32,000 bases of DNA from Candidatus Methylomirabilis oxygeniifera (GTDB lineage Bacteria > Methylomirabilota > Methylomirabilia > Methylomirabilales > Methylomirabilaceae). The notes beneath the pieces were generated by a model. That model was not told the origin of the DNA and searched no databases. It saw only the letters and a program-made list of their open reading frames with translations. Below, in pieces: positions 23,260 to 32,000 of the stretch. Positions within the stretch are counted from its first letter, which is position 1. Every line of letters begins with the position of its first letter. Position numbers and translations under genes: made by a program. The stretch is taken from the NCBI GenBank assembly GCA_000091165.1, contig FP565575.1, forward strand, positions 150,001-182,000. Direction: 5' to 3'.

Positions 23260-23299
23260 GAGAATGAACCCTTGGTAGATTCAAAAAGGATAAGGAGAT

Positions 23300-25609
23300 A
23301 TGGACCCCGATAATGCGCTCGTAAAGGCGAAGGATAATAGCGAGAGCCTGGCGAAACCTCAACTATGGCCTGTTCAGGCGTTTCCTGAGCAAAAGAAAGA
23401 CCCGCATCTCAGGGATTACTGGCAGGTGCTGCATAAGCATCGCTGGATCGTCCTCACCTGTTTCCTTGTCACGGTGATCACGGTTGCGACAGCGACATTC
23501 GTGCAGCAGTCGGTCTATAAGGCGACCGCGACTATTCAGATCGACAAAGCGGCACCGAATGTCCTGAAGTTTGAAGAGGTCTCGCCGGCTGCCAACAAAG
23601 AGACCGACGACTATTATCAAACACAATACAAACTACTGATGAGCTATTCCCTGGCGGAGAGAGTGGTCAGGTTGCTCAGACTCGACGTCAATCCGGAATT
23701 TACGGGAACGGATGCACCGGGTTCGGCCTCCCCAACATGGACCCGGTTCACTAACCTTGTGAACCTCGTACGTCCTCGGTCATCTATGCAGGCGGCTTCC
23801 GGTGAGACGTCAACCACCGAATCCCCCATAGTACAAAGCTTCCTGAAAAAGCTGGAGATCGAACCCGTGAAGAATACCCGCCTGGTGAAAATTGCCTTCC
23901 TCAGCACCTCGCCGGAGCTGTCCGCCCAGGTGGCTAATGCGATGGCAGAGAACTTTATCGAACAGAGTATCGAGCAAAAGGTGGGTGCGACGAAATATGC
24001 CGGCGACTTTCTGGCGAAACAGATTCAAGACGTGAGGATCAAGCTTGAGAGCTCTGATGAGCTGCTCCAGAAGTTTGCCAGGCAAAAACAATACCTTGTG
24101 CTCGATGAAAAACAGGAGCAGACGACCAAACAGCTTTCACTGCTCACCGATGCCCTGATGAAGGCGCGCAGCGATCGGCTGGCGAAAGAGGCGCTGCATC
24201 GACAGACCCAGGGACAGGATTTCCAGTCAATCCCGTCGGTGCTGGAAAATGCGCTGATCGTTGACTTGAAGAAAGAGTATTTCCGCCTGCAAGCGGAATA
24301 CAGGAAGTTGTCTGAGACGTTTCTACCGGACTATCCCAGGATGGTGGCGCTGAAGAGCAATATTGAGGAGGTGAAGAGCCGGCTCGATGGTGAGGTCCAA
24401 AAGATTATCGATGGGCTCCGGTCGAGCTATGAGGCGGCCGTAAAATCGGAACATCTGCTCCAATCGTCGGTGGACAAGCAGAAACAGGTGACGCTGAAGA
24501 CGAATGAAGATTCGATTCAGTACAACATCCTGAAGCGAGAGGTCGACATCAATCGCGAACTGTATGCCGGCCTGTTGCAGCGCATGAAAGAGACGGCCGT
24601 TTCTGCAGGACTCGATTCGACGAATATCCAGATCGCTGACCGGGCCAAGGTTCCTCTCTTTCCCGATCGTCCTAAGAAGTTGCTTAACCTGGCGCTCGGG
24701 ATCGTTCTTGGTTTGAGCCTGGGGATCGGCTTGGCCTTCTTCGCCGACTACCTCGACAACACGGTCAATAAGATCGAAGAGGTCGAATCGACGTTCGCAT
24801 TGCCGATTCTTGGGGCCGTGCCGGCCTTGGCCTCCGCCGAACGAAGGAAGCGGCTGAAAGGAGCGACCAACGGCCAAGGCGCGAAGTCGTTTGAACTGAT
24901 GATGCACCAGGATCAGTCATCCTTGGTCAGTGAGGCCATTCGGAACATCCGGACCTCGCTCCTCTTCTCCCTTCCGGACAATCCGCCTAAGCTGCTTCTT
25001 GTGACGAGCGCAGAGCCGGGCGACGGCAAAACCGGCGTATCGATCAATCTTTCTGTTGCGCTGTCACAACTGGGCAGTGACATTTTGCTCATCGATGCGG
25101 ATATGCGCTATCCGGATTGTCACCGACTGTTGGAGCAGGATCGGACGCCAGGGCTGTCGAACTTTCTTGTGGGGGACGCAGAGCTCAGCGCCGCAATCAA
25201 ACCGACGACCATCCCCAACCTCTATCTGCTGCCGGCGGGGCAATCGCCATTGAACCCGGCGGAGCTGCTTGGTTCCGAGCGGATGAGGGATGCTCTGGAG
25301 CTGCTCTGCAGACAGTTCAAGCATGTGATCATCGACTCGCCGCCGATACTGGGATTTACTGATAGTGTCCTGCTGTCTACATTCGCCGACGGCACCTTGC
25401 TTGTTATCCGTGCAGGTAAAACGGTCCGCGATGCCGCCCTCAGGGCGGTGAGAACGCTCAACGCAGTGAATGCGAAACTCTTGGGTGTCGTCCTGAACAG
25501 CCTGGAACTGCATGGCAACGGGTATTCGTACTATCAGGACTATCACGACTATTATCACCGGAAATCCGAGCGGCGCGACTCGGTGATGTCTCACCGTGAT
25601 TCCCACTAA
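23300..25609 (+). CDS. Polysaccharide co-polymerase / bacterial tyrosine autokinase (Wzc/GumC/EpsG-like, fused Wzz + BY-kinase)
   Basis: 769 aa with an AAGGAG SD. It has an N-terminal TM and Wzz-like domain, a long coiled coil and a second TM. Kinase motifs are Walker A SAEPGDGKTG, Walker A' LLIDADMRYP and Walker B VIIDSPP. The C-terminal Tyr cluster is GYSYYQDYHDYYH (25523-25558). Confidence 0.9.
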   Translation: MDPDNALVKAKDNSESLAKPQLWPVQAFPEQKKDPHLRDYWQVLHKHRWIVLTCFLVTVITVATATFVQQSVYKATATIQIDKAAPNVLKFEEVSPAANKETDDYYQTQYKLLMSYSLAERVVRLLRLDVNPEFTGTDAPGSASPTWTRFTNLVNLVRPRSSMQAASGETSTTESPIVQSFLKKLEIEPVKNTRLVKIAFLSTSPELSAQVANAMAENFIEQSIEQKVGATKYAGDFLAKQIQDVRIKLESSDELLQKFARQKQYLVLDEKQEQTTKQLSLLTDALMKARSDRLAKEALHRQTQGQDFQSIPSVLENALIVDLKKEYFRLQAEYRKLSETFLPDYPRMVALKSNIEEVKSRLDGEVQKIIDGLRSSYEAAVKSEHLLQSSVDKQKQVTLKTNEDSIQYNILKREVDINRELYAGLLQRMKETAVSAGLDSTNIQIADRAKVPLFPDRPKKLLNLALGIVLGLSLGIGLAFFADYLDNTVNKIEEVESTFALPILGAVPALASAERRKRLKGATNGQGAKSFELMMHQDQSSLVSEAIRNIRTSLLFSLPDNPPKLLLVTSAEPGDGKTGVSINLSVALSQLGSDILLIDADMRYPDCHRLLEQDRTPGLSNFLVGDAELSAAIKPTTIPNLYLLPAGQSPLNPAELLGSERMRDALELLCRQFKHVIIDSPPILGFTDSVLLSTFADGTLLVIRAGKTVRDAALRAVRTLNAVNAKLLGVVLNSLELHGNGYSYYQDYHDYYHRKSERRDSVMSHRDSH

Positions 25610-25626
25610 GAGGGAGATGTGATCTC

Positions 25627-26907
25627 ATGGTTCTGGCGGTTAGAACCTCTTCAGGGAGGGTGATCTCCCTTGTCTTTCTGGCTTGCCTTATCATCCTGGC
25701 CGCCTGGATGATTCTTCGTCCCTGGGTGGCCGGCTTCGCAATTCCCCCGCTTGCCCACGACCCTGACCTGCTGCGCGCCTGGCGGTCTCACCCCGAACAC
25801 CGTCAGTATCGGCACCAGTACATGGGGAGGATCCGCCAATATAGCGTCGGCCTCCAGGACTACCAGGAGGCCTCGAAGCAGTATCGAATGGCACTTCGAG
25901 AGAACCCCCTCTCAAGTCGGACGTGGTTCGATTCAGCAAGGGTCCACTGGTGGCTGGGGCAGGTCAAAGAGGCCAGGGACGCCCTGGGGCTTGCGTTGCG
26001 GTTCAACTCCAGCAGTTCAAGACTGCGTTGGGAGGCTGCCCTATTCCAGATCCAGCTCGAGGACTACGAGGGCGCGATTGCCAACCTGCGACATCTGATG
26101 ATAACCGAACCACGTCAGCGCCAGACCTATTTCACCCTTATCCACACCCTCATGCGGCCGGCGGATTTCATCGATACGACCTTACCCGCTGAGCCGGGGG
26201 TCTTATCGGACTATCTGGACTACCTGGTCAGGCAGGAAGAGGTAGAGAGCGGGAGGGTGGTATGGCGGCGGCTGACCGGCCTTAACCCTTCTCAGCTTAA
26301 TCCGAGTATAGCCCTATCGTATGTGGATATGATGCTCGAGCACAAGGACCTATCGGAGGCCATATCTTCCTGGAACCTACTGTTGCGGTTACGGGGGATT
26401 CGCAGGACAGCGGATAGCCTGGGCAACCTGGTGTGGAACGGCGGATTCGAGCGCGACGACACAGGGGGGGGCGGATTCGATTGGCGGATTGGGCGGGGCG
26501 CCGGGGCAGAGGTGGGGGTCAGTTCGACGAACTCTTCGGAGGGGACGCGAGCGCTCAAGATTGCTTTTGATGGTACACACAATCCGGGTCTGATCGCTGC
26601 ATTTCAGATAATTCCTGTAATGCCGAGGACGCGTTATTTGCTGAGCGGGTCGATCGCCACTGCAGGGATCACAACCACGAGCGGCATCTACCTAGAGGTA
26701 AAAAACTTTCTCGATGACAGGCGTTATGCCGCGAGTGAGAGCTACGTCGGCGACCATCCGTGGTCTGAGGTGCGTGTACCGTTTGAAACCCCTCCTGAGG
26801 CTCAGGCCATCATTCTTAAGATTCGGCGAGATACGAGTCAAAAGCTCGACAATCTCATCGGAGGGACCGCCTGGATTGACCGGATATCTCTCCGAAGACT
26901 TGATTAA
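25627..26907 (+). CDS. Membrane-anchored TPR protein with a C-terminal carbohydrate-binding-module-like jelly-roll domain
   Basis: 426 aa with an N-terminal TM (ISLVFLACLIILAAWMIL) and TPR-like helices. The C-terminal NLVWNGGFE...W.......EG..AL.I.F.G... motif is typical of CBM4/9-like or galactose-binding-like domains. Confidence 0.6.
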   Translation: MVLAVRTSSGRVISLVFLACLIILAAWMILRPWVAGFAIPPLAHDPDLLRAWRSHPEHRQYRHQYMGRIRQYSVGLQDYQEASKQYRMALRENPLSSRTWFDSARVHWWLGQVKEARDALGLALRFNSSSSRLRWEAALFQIQLEDYEGAIANLRHLMITEPRQRQTYFTLIHTLMRPADFIDTTLPAEPGVLSDYLDYLVRQEEVESGRVVWRRLTGLNPSQLNPSIALSYVDMMLEHKDLSEAISSWNLLLRLRGIRRTADSLGNLVWNGGFERDDTGGGGFDWRIGRGAGAEVGVSSTNSSEGTRALKIAFDGTHNPGLIAAFQIIPVMPRTRYLLSGSIATAGITTTSGIYLEVKNFLDDRRYAASESYVGDHPWSEVRVPFETPPEAQAIILKIRRDTSQKLDNLIGGTAWIDRISLRRLD

Positions 26908-26913
26908 GGTACC

Positions 26914-28359
26914 ATGATGCTTGGAATGCGAGGATTGTTGTTGGCCGGCATCGATATCGCCATTATCATCGGTTCGATTGTTGGTTCGACATGTTTGCGA
27001 TTAGGAATCGAACCCGGACTTGAGTACCTTGGTATTCACGCGATGTCGTTTGTTGTCAGTGGGGTGACCTATCTTGTGCTGTTATTCATCGGCAATCAGT
27101 ACGACGCACGAAAAGATTATCGCTCGCTCTCCGAATTCCTTACCCTACTGTATGTGTCTACAGGGGCGTTCATGCTGTCGACGATCTTTTTTTACGTCGA
27201 TTGGTCGCTGAGGATTGGGCGAGGAGTCTATCTGCTGAACGCGATCCTGGTTACGTTGGGTATTTCCCTCTGGAGAAGACTTTACAGCCGCCTGATTGTT
27301 CGTTCATCTTTTCAAAAGCGAGTGCTTATTTTGGGATTGGGCAAGGAAGAGGAGCAATTACTCCACGAACTGAGCGAGATAAAGACCTCGGGGATTCAGT
27401 ATATCGGAGCGTTGGTTGATGAGTCGCTTTCTCACCGTGAGAGTAAGAAAAACGGGATTGCCGTACTGGGAGGCATGGATCGGCTGGGGACAGTCCTGAC
27501 CGAACAAGCGCCCGATCTATTGATCACATCAAATGGCTGTTTGTCTCGACAGGACGTCTGTCAGGAACTTTTTGTTCAACAACGCCATGGAATAGAAGTC
27601 GTCCACATTTCCAATCTGTATGAACAGATGACGGGTAAGGTGCCGATTCACTATGTGTCGGATCATGTGGCGCACATGGGCATCATCCGATCGCCAATTT
27701 ACGCAAAGAGAGTGAAAGAGTTAATCGATAGATCGGCGGCGCTCCTTGCACTGATCCTGTGCTCTCCGATTGCTGTACTCATCGCGGTCGGGATCGCGTG
27801 TACTTCGCCTGGCAGTATTTTTTATGTGCAGGAGCGACTTGGTGTCGGTGGCCGGAAGTTCAAACTGCTGAAGTTCCGGACGATGGTTGAAAATGCGGAG
27901 CAGAATACGGGCCCCGTGTGGACTTCCGAGAATGATCAGCGAATCACAAGGTTCGGCCGTTTTTTAAGGCGCTCTCGCCTTGATGAGATCCCCCAACTTA
28001 TTAATGTCTTCTCGGGAGAGATGAGCCTGGTGGGACCACGCCCTGAACGAGAGCCGTTCATCAGGCAGTTTCAAGATCGCATACCGGTATATCGAGAAGG
28101 AAGACGAAAAAGGGATCCGATCGGCACGGCGGTTCAAACCGGCTGGCAGGAAACGATTCCACTTTATTCATTACGATTTGCGGTCAAACCGGGTATCACC
28201 GGCTGGGCTCAGGTCAACGGCAATTACGCGGCATCGGTAGAAGAGAGCTGGGAAAAGTTTGCGTACGATTTGTACTACATCAAGAATCAATCATTTTTCC
28301 TTGATGTTACCATTCTTGCTAGGACATTATGGGTCGTCCTCGGTGGAAGCGGCCGCTAA
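26914..28359 (+). CDS. Priming polyprenyl-phosphate hexose-1-phosphate transferase (WbaP/EpsB-type bacterial sugar transferase)
   Basis: 481 aa with N-terminal TM helices and a central Rossmann-like linker. The C-terminal catalytic domain reads SPGSIFYVQERLGVGGRKFKLLKFRTM, DQRITRFGRFLRRSRLDEIPQLINVFSGEMSLVGPRPE and KPGITGWAQVNG. Confidence 0.9.
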   Translation: MMLGMRGLLLAGIDIAIIIGSIVGSTCLRLGIEPGLEYLGIHAMSFVVSGVTYLVLLFIGNQYDARKDYRSLSEFLTLLYVSTGAFMLSTIFFYVDWSLRIGRGVYLLNAILVTLGISLWRRLYSRLIVRSSFQKRVLILGLGKEEEQLLHELSEIKTSGIQYIGALVDESLSHRESKKNGIAVLGGMDRLGTVLTEQAPDLLITSNGCLSRQDVCQELFVQQRHGIEVVHISNLYEQMTGKVPIHYVSDHVAHMGIIRSPIYAKRVKELIDRSAALLALILCSPIAVLIAVGIACTSPGSIFYVQERLGVGGRKFKLLKFRTMVENAEQNTGPVWTSENDQRITRFGRFLRRSRLDEIPQLINVFSGEMSLVGPRPEREPFIRQFQDRIPVYREGRRKRDPIGTAVQTGWQETIPLYSLRFAVKPGITGWAQVNGNYAASVEESWEKFAYDLYYIKNQSFFLDVTILARTLWVVLGGSGR

Positions 28360-28540
28360 GCCTCACGATTATTCCGTCCTCTTGTATACTGTACTCCCAG
28401 CCACGATGTTTACAAAGGGTGCGGTGCTCTTATACGCAGGCGGATATGACCGGTGCGGTTTCATGACGCAGACGTCGCGGATGAATGGGTAACTACTGTC
28501 TGGATGTCAAGCAGCTGATAGCCGTCGAGGATTGTGAGTT

Positions 28541-29944
28541 ATGACGACTGTGGTGATCCGAGAAAGGTCCAACCGGCTGTTGGTGTGTGGCTTAGCTTTC
28601 TTATTGGGAGCACCCCTCTGTTATACCGTCGCCGTTGGAAACTACCTCTTGACGGCCGGGCTCGCGTTCGTTGGAGTGTATACGGCGCTCTGTTTTATGA
28701 GAGTTGACGTCGCAATTATCGGCTATCTGCTTGTCGCCGCTTCAGAAATCAACATTCCTGAACTAGAGAAATTCGAATACAAAGGGCTTATTCTCCAAAA
28801 TGTGTTACTTGGGGTCTTGCTCATAGCGGTAGCTGCGAAGATTGCGTGGAACAAGCGTATTATCGTGTCGTCGCCACTCAATAGGCCCCTCTTTGTGTTA
28901 TTTGGTGTCTATGTAGTGTACAGTTTCTGGAGTATCGGCCCCCAGTACCCCGACCTCTGGGAAAGCCTGCGCGCTGCCAAAAATATACTCGCATTTCCTA
29001 TTCTCTACTGGATCATCTTAAACTCCGCCTCGGTCGGGTCGGGTCGAAGACCCAGGGTGTATCTGATCGGATTTATGCTCATCAGTGTAATCGGTACAGT
29101 TCACGCTCTCTGGAAATACCGGCAGGTCATGAGCGACTTTACCATAACATACTGGAATGATCAGCGGATCAATCGCGGTGAGGCGCTCGGTGAGACCTTT
29201 TATATGACCTGCGTGCTGGCGGTTCTCCTGCTGACCTATTACGTGATCCAAACGCAGGGTAGCTGGTCCCGACGAGCTGCGGCGGTTGTCGGTATTGGGA
29301 TTTTTGCGATCACGAACATGGCCTTTCTGTACAGGGCCGGGACCGCTGCGCTGATTGTAGCGATGATCGTTATGGTCATCCTATTGAAGCAATTGCGAGC
29401 GATTCCGTGGCTCGTACCGCTTGCTGCTGTGATGCTTATTGCGTTCTGGTTTGCACCTCAGATTCTGACACGGGCGGAGTCCACTTATGGGATTCAGCGG
29501 GGCGGAACCATTGGTTTCGATCCGTCATTTTCCAATCGGAAGGATTACCTGTGGCCTGCAGCACTTGCCCTCGTCAAGACCAACTTCCTGTGGGGAATCG
29601 GCTATCAGAATTTTGAAAGAACCGTCGGCATGAACGTGCACAACCAATTTCTCTCCTGGTTGGTTGAATTGGGGATCGCCGGATTCGCTGCAGGGGTCTG
29701 GTTCTATATACGAATCTGCCAGTTCTTCTGGCGCCGATTTGTGCTGGAACAGGATGAATGGGCAAGGGCTATCGCCCTTTCGTCGCTATGCCTCATGGTA
29801 TCTACCCTCGTGTGGTTCCTGACGCACGATTTCTTCCTGTACGGCTGGCTCTACCACCCACTCGCCTTCGCTGGAGTCCTGGGTGCGAAGGCAAGCCATG
29901 AAGGCGTTGCCCGGGCGGGTAGTGCGGAGTACGGTAGCGGGTAG
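28541..29944 (+). CDS. O-antigen ligase/Wzy-family polytopic membrane protein (putative EPS polymerase)
   Basis: 467 aa with about 10-12 TM helices. The loop ...GIGYQNFERTVGMNVHNQFLSWLVELGIAGF resembles the Wzy_C/O-antigen-ligase motif (H-N-x-(F/Y)-L-x3-E-x-G). Confidence 0.75.
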   Translation: MTTVVIRERSNRLLVCGLAFLLGAPLCYTVAVGNYLLTAGLAFVGVYTALCFMRVDVAIIGYLLVAASEINIPELEKFEYKGLILQNVLLGVLLIAVAAKIAWNKRIIVSSPLNRPLFVLFGVYVVYSFWSIGPQYPDLWESLRAAKNILAFPILYWIILNSASVGSGRRPRVYLIGFMLISVIGTVHALWKYRQVMSDFTITYWNDQRINRGEALGETFYMTCVLAVLLLTYYVIQTQGSWSRRAAAVVGIGIFAITNMAFLYRAGTAALIVAMIVMVILLKQLRAIPWLVPLAAVMLIAFWFAPQILTRAESTYGIQRGGTIGFDPSFSNRKDYLWPAALALVKTNFLWGIGYQNFERTVGMNVHNQFLSWLVELGIAGFAAGVWFYIRICQFFWRRFVLEQDEWARAIALSSLCLMVSTLVWFLTHDFFLYGWLYHPLAFAGVLGAKASHEGVARAGSAEYGSG

Positions 29945-29958
29945 CTACGCAAGGATGG

Positions 29959-31554
29959 GTGGTAGTGTTTAGACGATTACTCGTATCACATCAGAGCGTC
30001 ATCGGGGCGTCGATGATATTGAGCATCGGTAACCTGTTGACCATGGCGCTCGGCTATGTTTTTACATTGGTCATTGTGTGGAACTTCGGGGCTACAGGCT
30101 CAAGCGATGCTTACTACCTCTCCATGACTGCGTGCGCCTTTCTGACCGGTATCCTCGAAGGCTGCCTTATGGGGTCCATGGTTCCGGCTTTTGCGACGCA
30201 ACAGTTCCAGAGTCTCGTTGCCGCCGAGCGAAACCGGCAATGGAGCTCCCTGCTTAACCTCTTACTGGTGATTACGCTCTTTCTTGCCGCTGTCATGCTG
30301 TTATGGGCCGATACGGTTATTGCGTTCCTGGGACCGACACTTGACGTGACCACACGTACGACTACCGCGAGGTTAACCCGGTTGTTGGTACCGACAATCC
30401 TACTCCTTCCGATCGCATCCTTCTTTGCGGCGAGCCTAAACTCACTGAATAAATTTGCAAGTCGTGTCATTGCGAATGCAATTAGTGGGTTGTGCAGCAC
30501 CGGAATCGCCGTTGGGCTCGTCGGCCATCTTGGGGTATACGCCCTCGGCTGGGCCGTCTCGGTTGGTGCTCTGGTTCGGGTCCTGGTGATGGGTCTCGCA
30601 ATTCACTACTCGGGGTTTCGATATTATCCTTCTGCTCGGTTTAGGTTGCGCTCGTCGAATGCGATAGGAGGTCTATTCGTTCCGATCTTACTGTTATCGA
30701 TCCTCCTGACGGTACGAGAAACGGCCGTAAAGTCGCTGGCTACCATGGCTGGATCTGGAGCGCTTACAGCGTTCTCACTGGGCATACAATTGGCAGACCT
30801 TCCGCTGGGGATCGTCGTGTCAACGTTTGGGTCTGCAGTCCTGCCGACATTGTCGAAGCTGTGGTCTGAGCATGCTAAGCGAGAATTCATGAATGCAGTC
30901 ATGGCGGTATTACGGACGGGGCTATTTTTAACTATCCCGGCCGCCATCGGAATCATAATTTTGGGAGGTCCGATTATTCAGGCGGTATTCCAACGAGGCG
31001 CCTTCGACAGCAGAGCCGTCCACCTTACGATGCTTGTTGTCATGTTTTATGCCATAGGTCTGCCGTTTCGCGGCGCCAATGACGCATTGGGGAGTGCCCT
31101 GTATGCAACACGGGACGCTTGGCGGCAGGTACTGTTTTCCGGTTCCGGGGTCGTGATCGCACTCGGTACCGGGATACTACTTCTGCCCTATTTCGCCGGC
31201 CCCGGACTTGCCGCCAGCCTCTCACTAGGGAACGCCGTCAACTGCTTTTTCCATCTGCGGTTCCTCCATCGACGGCTGGACGTCCGTCCGGATATGCAAG
31301 GCGTATGGTTTGTCCTAAAGGCAATAGGAGCGGCCTTAGCTATGGCCGCCATTGTCTTATTAGCGTATAAGCTATTAGTGACCGTTGCTGGTGAAGTGAG
31401 TGGATTGAGAGGCGTGTTGGCTCTTGGGATTTTGGCATGTATGGGTGCTGGAGTATATCTGGCGATGGGGCGCTTGGTAAGTTTGCGAGAATCTGTTGTC
31501 ATTCGGAACGCTGTGCTGGCCCGTTTGGCAAAAAAGGGTGAGCAGGGGGTATGA
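29959..31554 (+). CDS. MurJ/MviN-family (MOP superfamily) flippase, divergent, probably dedicated to the EPS repeat unit
   Basis: 531 aa with a GTG start and about 14 TM helices. The N-terminus ...LLTMALGYVFTLVIVWNFGATGSSDAYYLSMT......LEG.L.GSMVPAF parallels MurJ (…R..G..RD..IA..FGA....DAF..AF..PN......EG......VP). Confidence 0.7.
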   Translation: MVVFRRLLVSHQSVIGASMILSIGNLLTMALGYVFTLVIVWNFGATGSSDAYYLSMTACAFLTGILEGCLMGSMVPAFATQQFQSLVAAERNRQWSSLLNLLLVITLFLAAVMLLWADTVIAFLGPTLDVTTRTTTARLTRLLVPTILLLPIASFFAASLNSLNKFASRVIANAISGLCSTGIAVGLVGHLGVYALGWAVSVGALVRVLVMGLAIHYSGFRYYPSARFRLRSSNAIGGLFVPILLLSILLTVRETAVKSLATMAGSGALTAFSLGIQLADLPLGIVVSTFGSAVLPTLSKLWSEHAKREFMNAVMAVLRTGLFLTIPAAIGIIILGGPIIQAVFQRGAFDSRAVHLTMLVVMFYAIGLPFRGANDALGSALYATRDAWRQVLFSGSGVVIALGTGILLLPYFAGPGLAASLSLGNAVNCFFHLRFLHRRLDVRPDMQGVWFVLKAIGAALAMAAIVLLAYKLLVTVAGEVSGLRGVLALGILACMGAGVYLAMGRLVSLRESVVIRNAVLARLAKKGEQGV

Positions 31555-32000
31555 TCTTGGGCAGTAGGCGTGTTCCGATTCTAATGTATCATAACGTGGA
31601 GGATCCGGCGCGGGAACGGTTCCGTGTTCAGATGCGACTGCTCAGTCGATTTGGTTACCGAACGATCGTTTTCGCGGATCTCGTATCGCAGGTCAGGGAG
31701 GGAAGAACCATAGCGGCAAAAACCGTCGTACTGACGTTTGATGACGGCACGGCGGATCATTATCGAAACGTGTTCCCTACCCTGGAAGAGTTTGGTTTGG
31801 TGGGGACCTTCTTCGTGAGTCCTGATCTTATTGGGACAACTAAGTGGATGATCAAGTACGGGGATACCAAATCCCGCGTGTGGTTCGATGAGGTTCCTGG
31901 ACAGTGTTCAAAGCGAGGGGACTCGGCTCCCAGGAAGTTCTGCCATCTAAGTTGGGATGAAGTCGTGAAGATGCATCATGCCGGACAAGAGATCGGCTCG
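31551..32000 (+). CDS. Polysaccharide deacetylase (CE4/NodB homology), 5' partial, runs off the window
   Basis: This ORF is not in the supplied track. The ATG at 31551 overlaps the flippase stop (ATGA). The frame is open for 150 codons to the window end. PILMYHNV...TVVLTFDDGTADHY..VFP.L.E.G..GTFFV is the CE4 signature. Confidence 0.8.
   Translation, partial: MILGSRRVPILMYHNVEDPARERFRVQMRLLSRFGYRTIVFADLVSQVREGRTIAAKTVVLTFDDGTADHYRNVFPTLEEFGLVGTFFVSPDLIGTTKWMIKYGDTKSRVWFDEVPGQCSKRGDSAPRKFCHLSWDEVVKMHHAGQEIGS

Noticed and set aside
20624-32000. PEP-CTERM/exosortase system associated with the EPS locus
   Set aside because: The sugar transferase and the Wza/Wzc set resemble those of PEP-CTERM-associated loci. 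However, no exosortase (EpsH) gene lies in the window. The only candidate sorting tail (20624-21940 protein) lacks the PEP motif and the basic C-terminal cluster. The question stays open until downstream sequence is seen.
1-32000. Searched by eye for CRISPR arrays, tRNA/rRNA genes, integrases or transposases, toxin-antitoxin pairs and defence-system hallmarks (nucleases, helicases, methyltransferases, reverse transcriptases)
   Set aside because: None was found. All short repeats seen are hairpin-type intergenic elements or the in-frame protein repeat. A covariance-model scan (tRNAscan-SE/Infernal) is still needed to exclude small RNAs formally.

Overview
This 32-kb window comes from a diderm (Gram-negative-type) bacterium. 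No rRNA, tRNA, CRISPR array, transposase, integrase or phage gene is recognisable. About 27 protein-coding genes account for nearly all of it.

Gene content, left to right:
- A secreted 7-bladed YVTN beta-propeller and a DUF4242 protein. The DUF4242 gene is bracketed by hairpin repeats.
- Two small genes of unknown function.
- A gluconeogenic/Calvin-type trio, glpX-fba-rpe, followed by an M48 lipoprotein peptidase.
- A tightly packed minus-strand synthase-dependent exopolysaccharide operon. It encodes a BcsA-like GT2 with two PilZ modules, two small TPR proteins, a TPR/beta-barrel porin and a GH8 hydrolase. No BcsB is present.
- Acetyl-CoA synthetase.
- A YdbH/AsmA-like giant envelope protein with a YdbL(DUF1318)-like lipoprotein.
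- Two paralogous NarL-type receiver proteins and a FecR-like exported protein with Trp-rich tandem repeats.
- The start of a Wzx/Wzy-type EPS locus: Wza-like exporter, Wzc-like BY-kinase, TPR+CBM-like protein, priming sugar transferase, Wzy/O-antigen-ligase-like protein, MurJ-family flippase and a partial CE4 deacetylase.

Hand counts on sampled 60-nt stretches give about 60% GC in acs and about 47-50% GC in the EPS genes.

I do not see an unmistakable new system such as a defence island. The best candidates for novelty are:
1. the BcsB-less, double-PilZ synthase operon with a fragmented TPR scaffold;
2. the complementary degenerate response-regulator pair plus the FecR-like Trp-repeat protein upstream of the EPS locus;
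3. a family of compound-hairpin intergenic repeats;
4. a possible YnbE-YdbL fusion.

All functional calls rest on motif recognition by eye and need HMM or BLAST confirmation.
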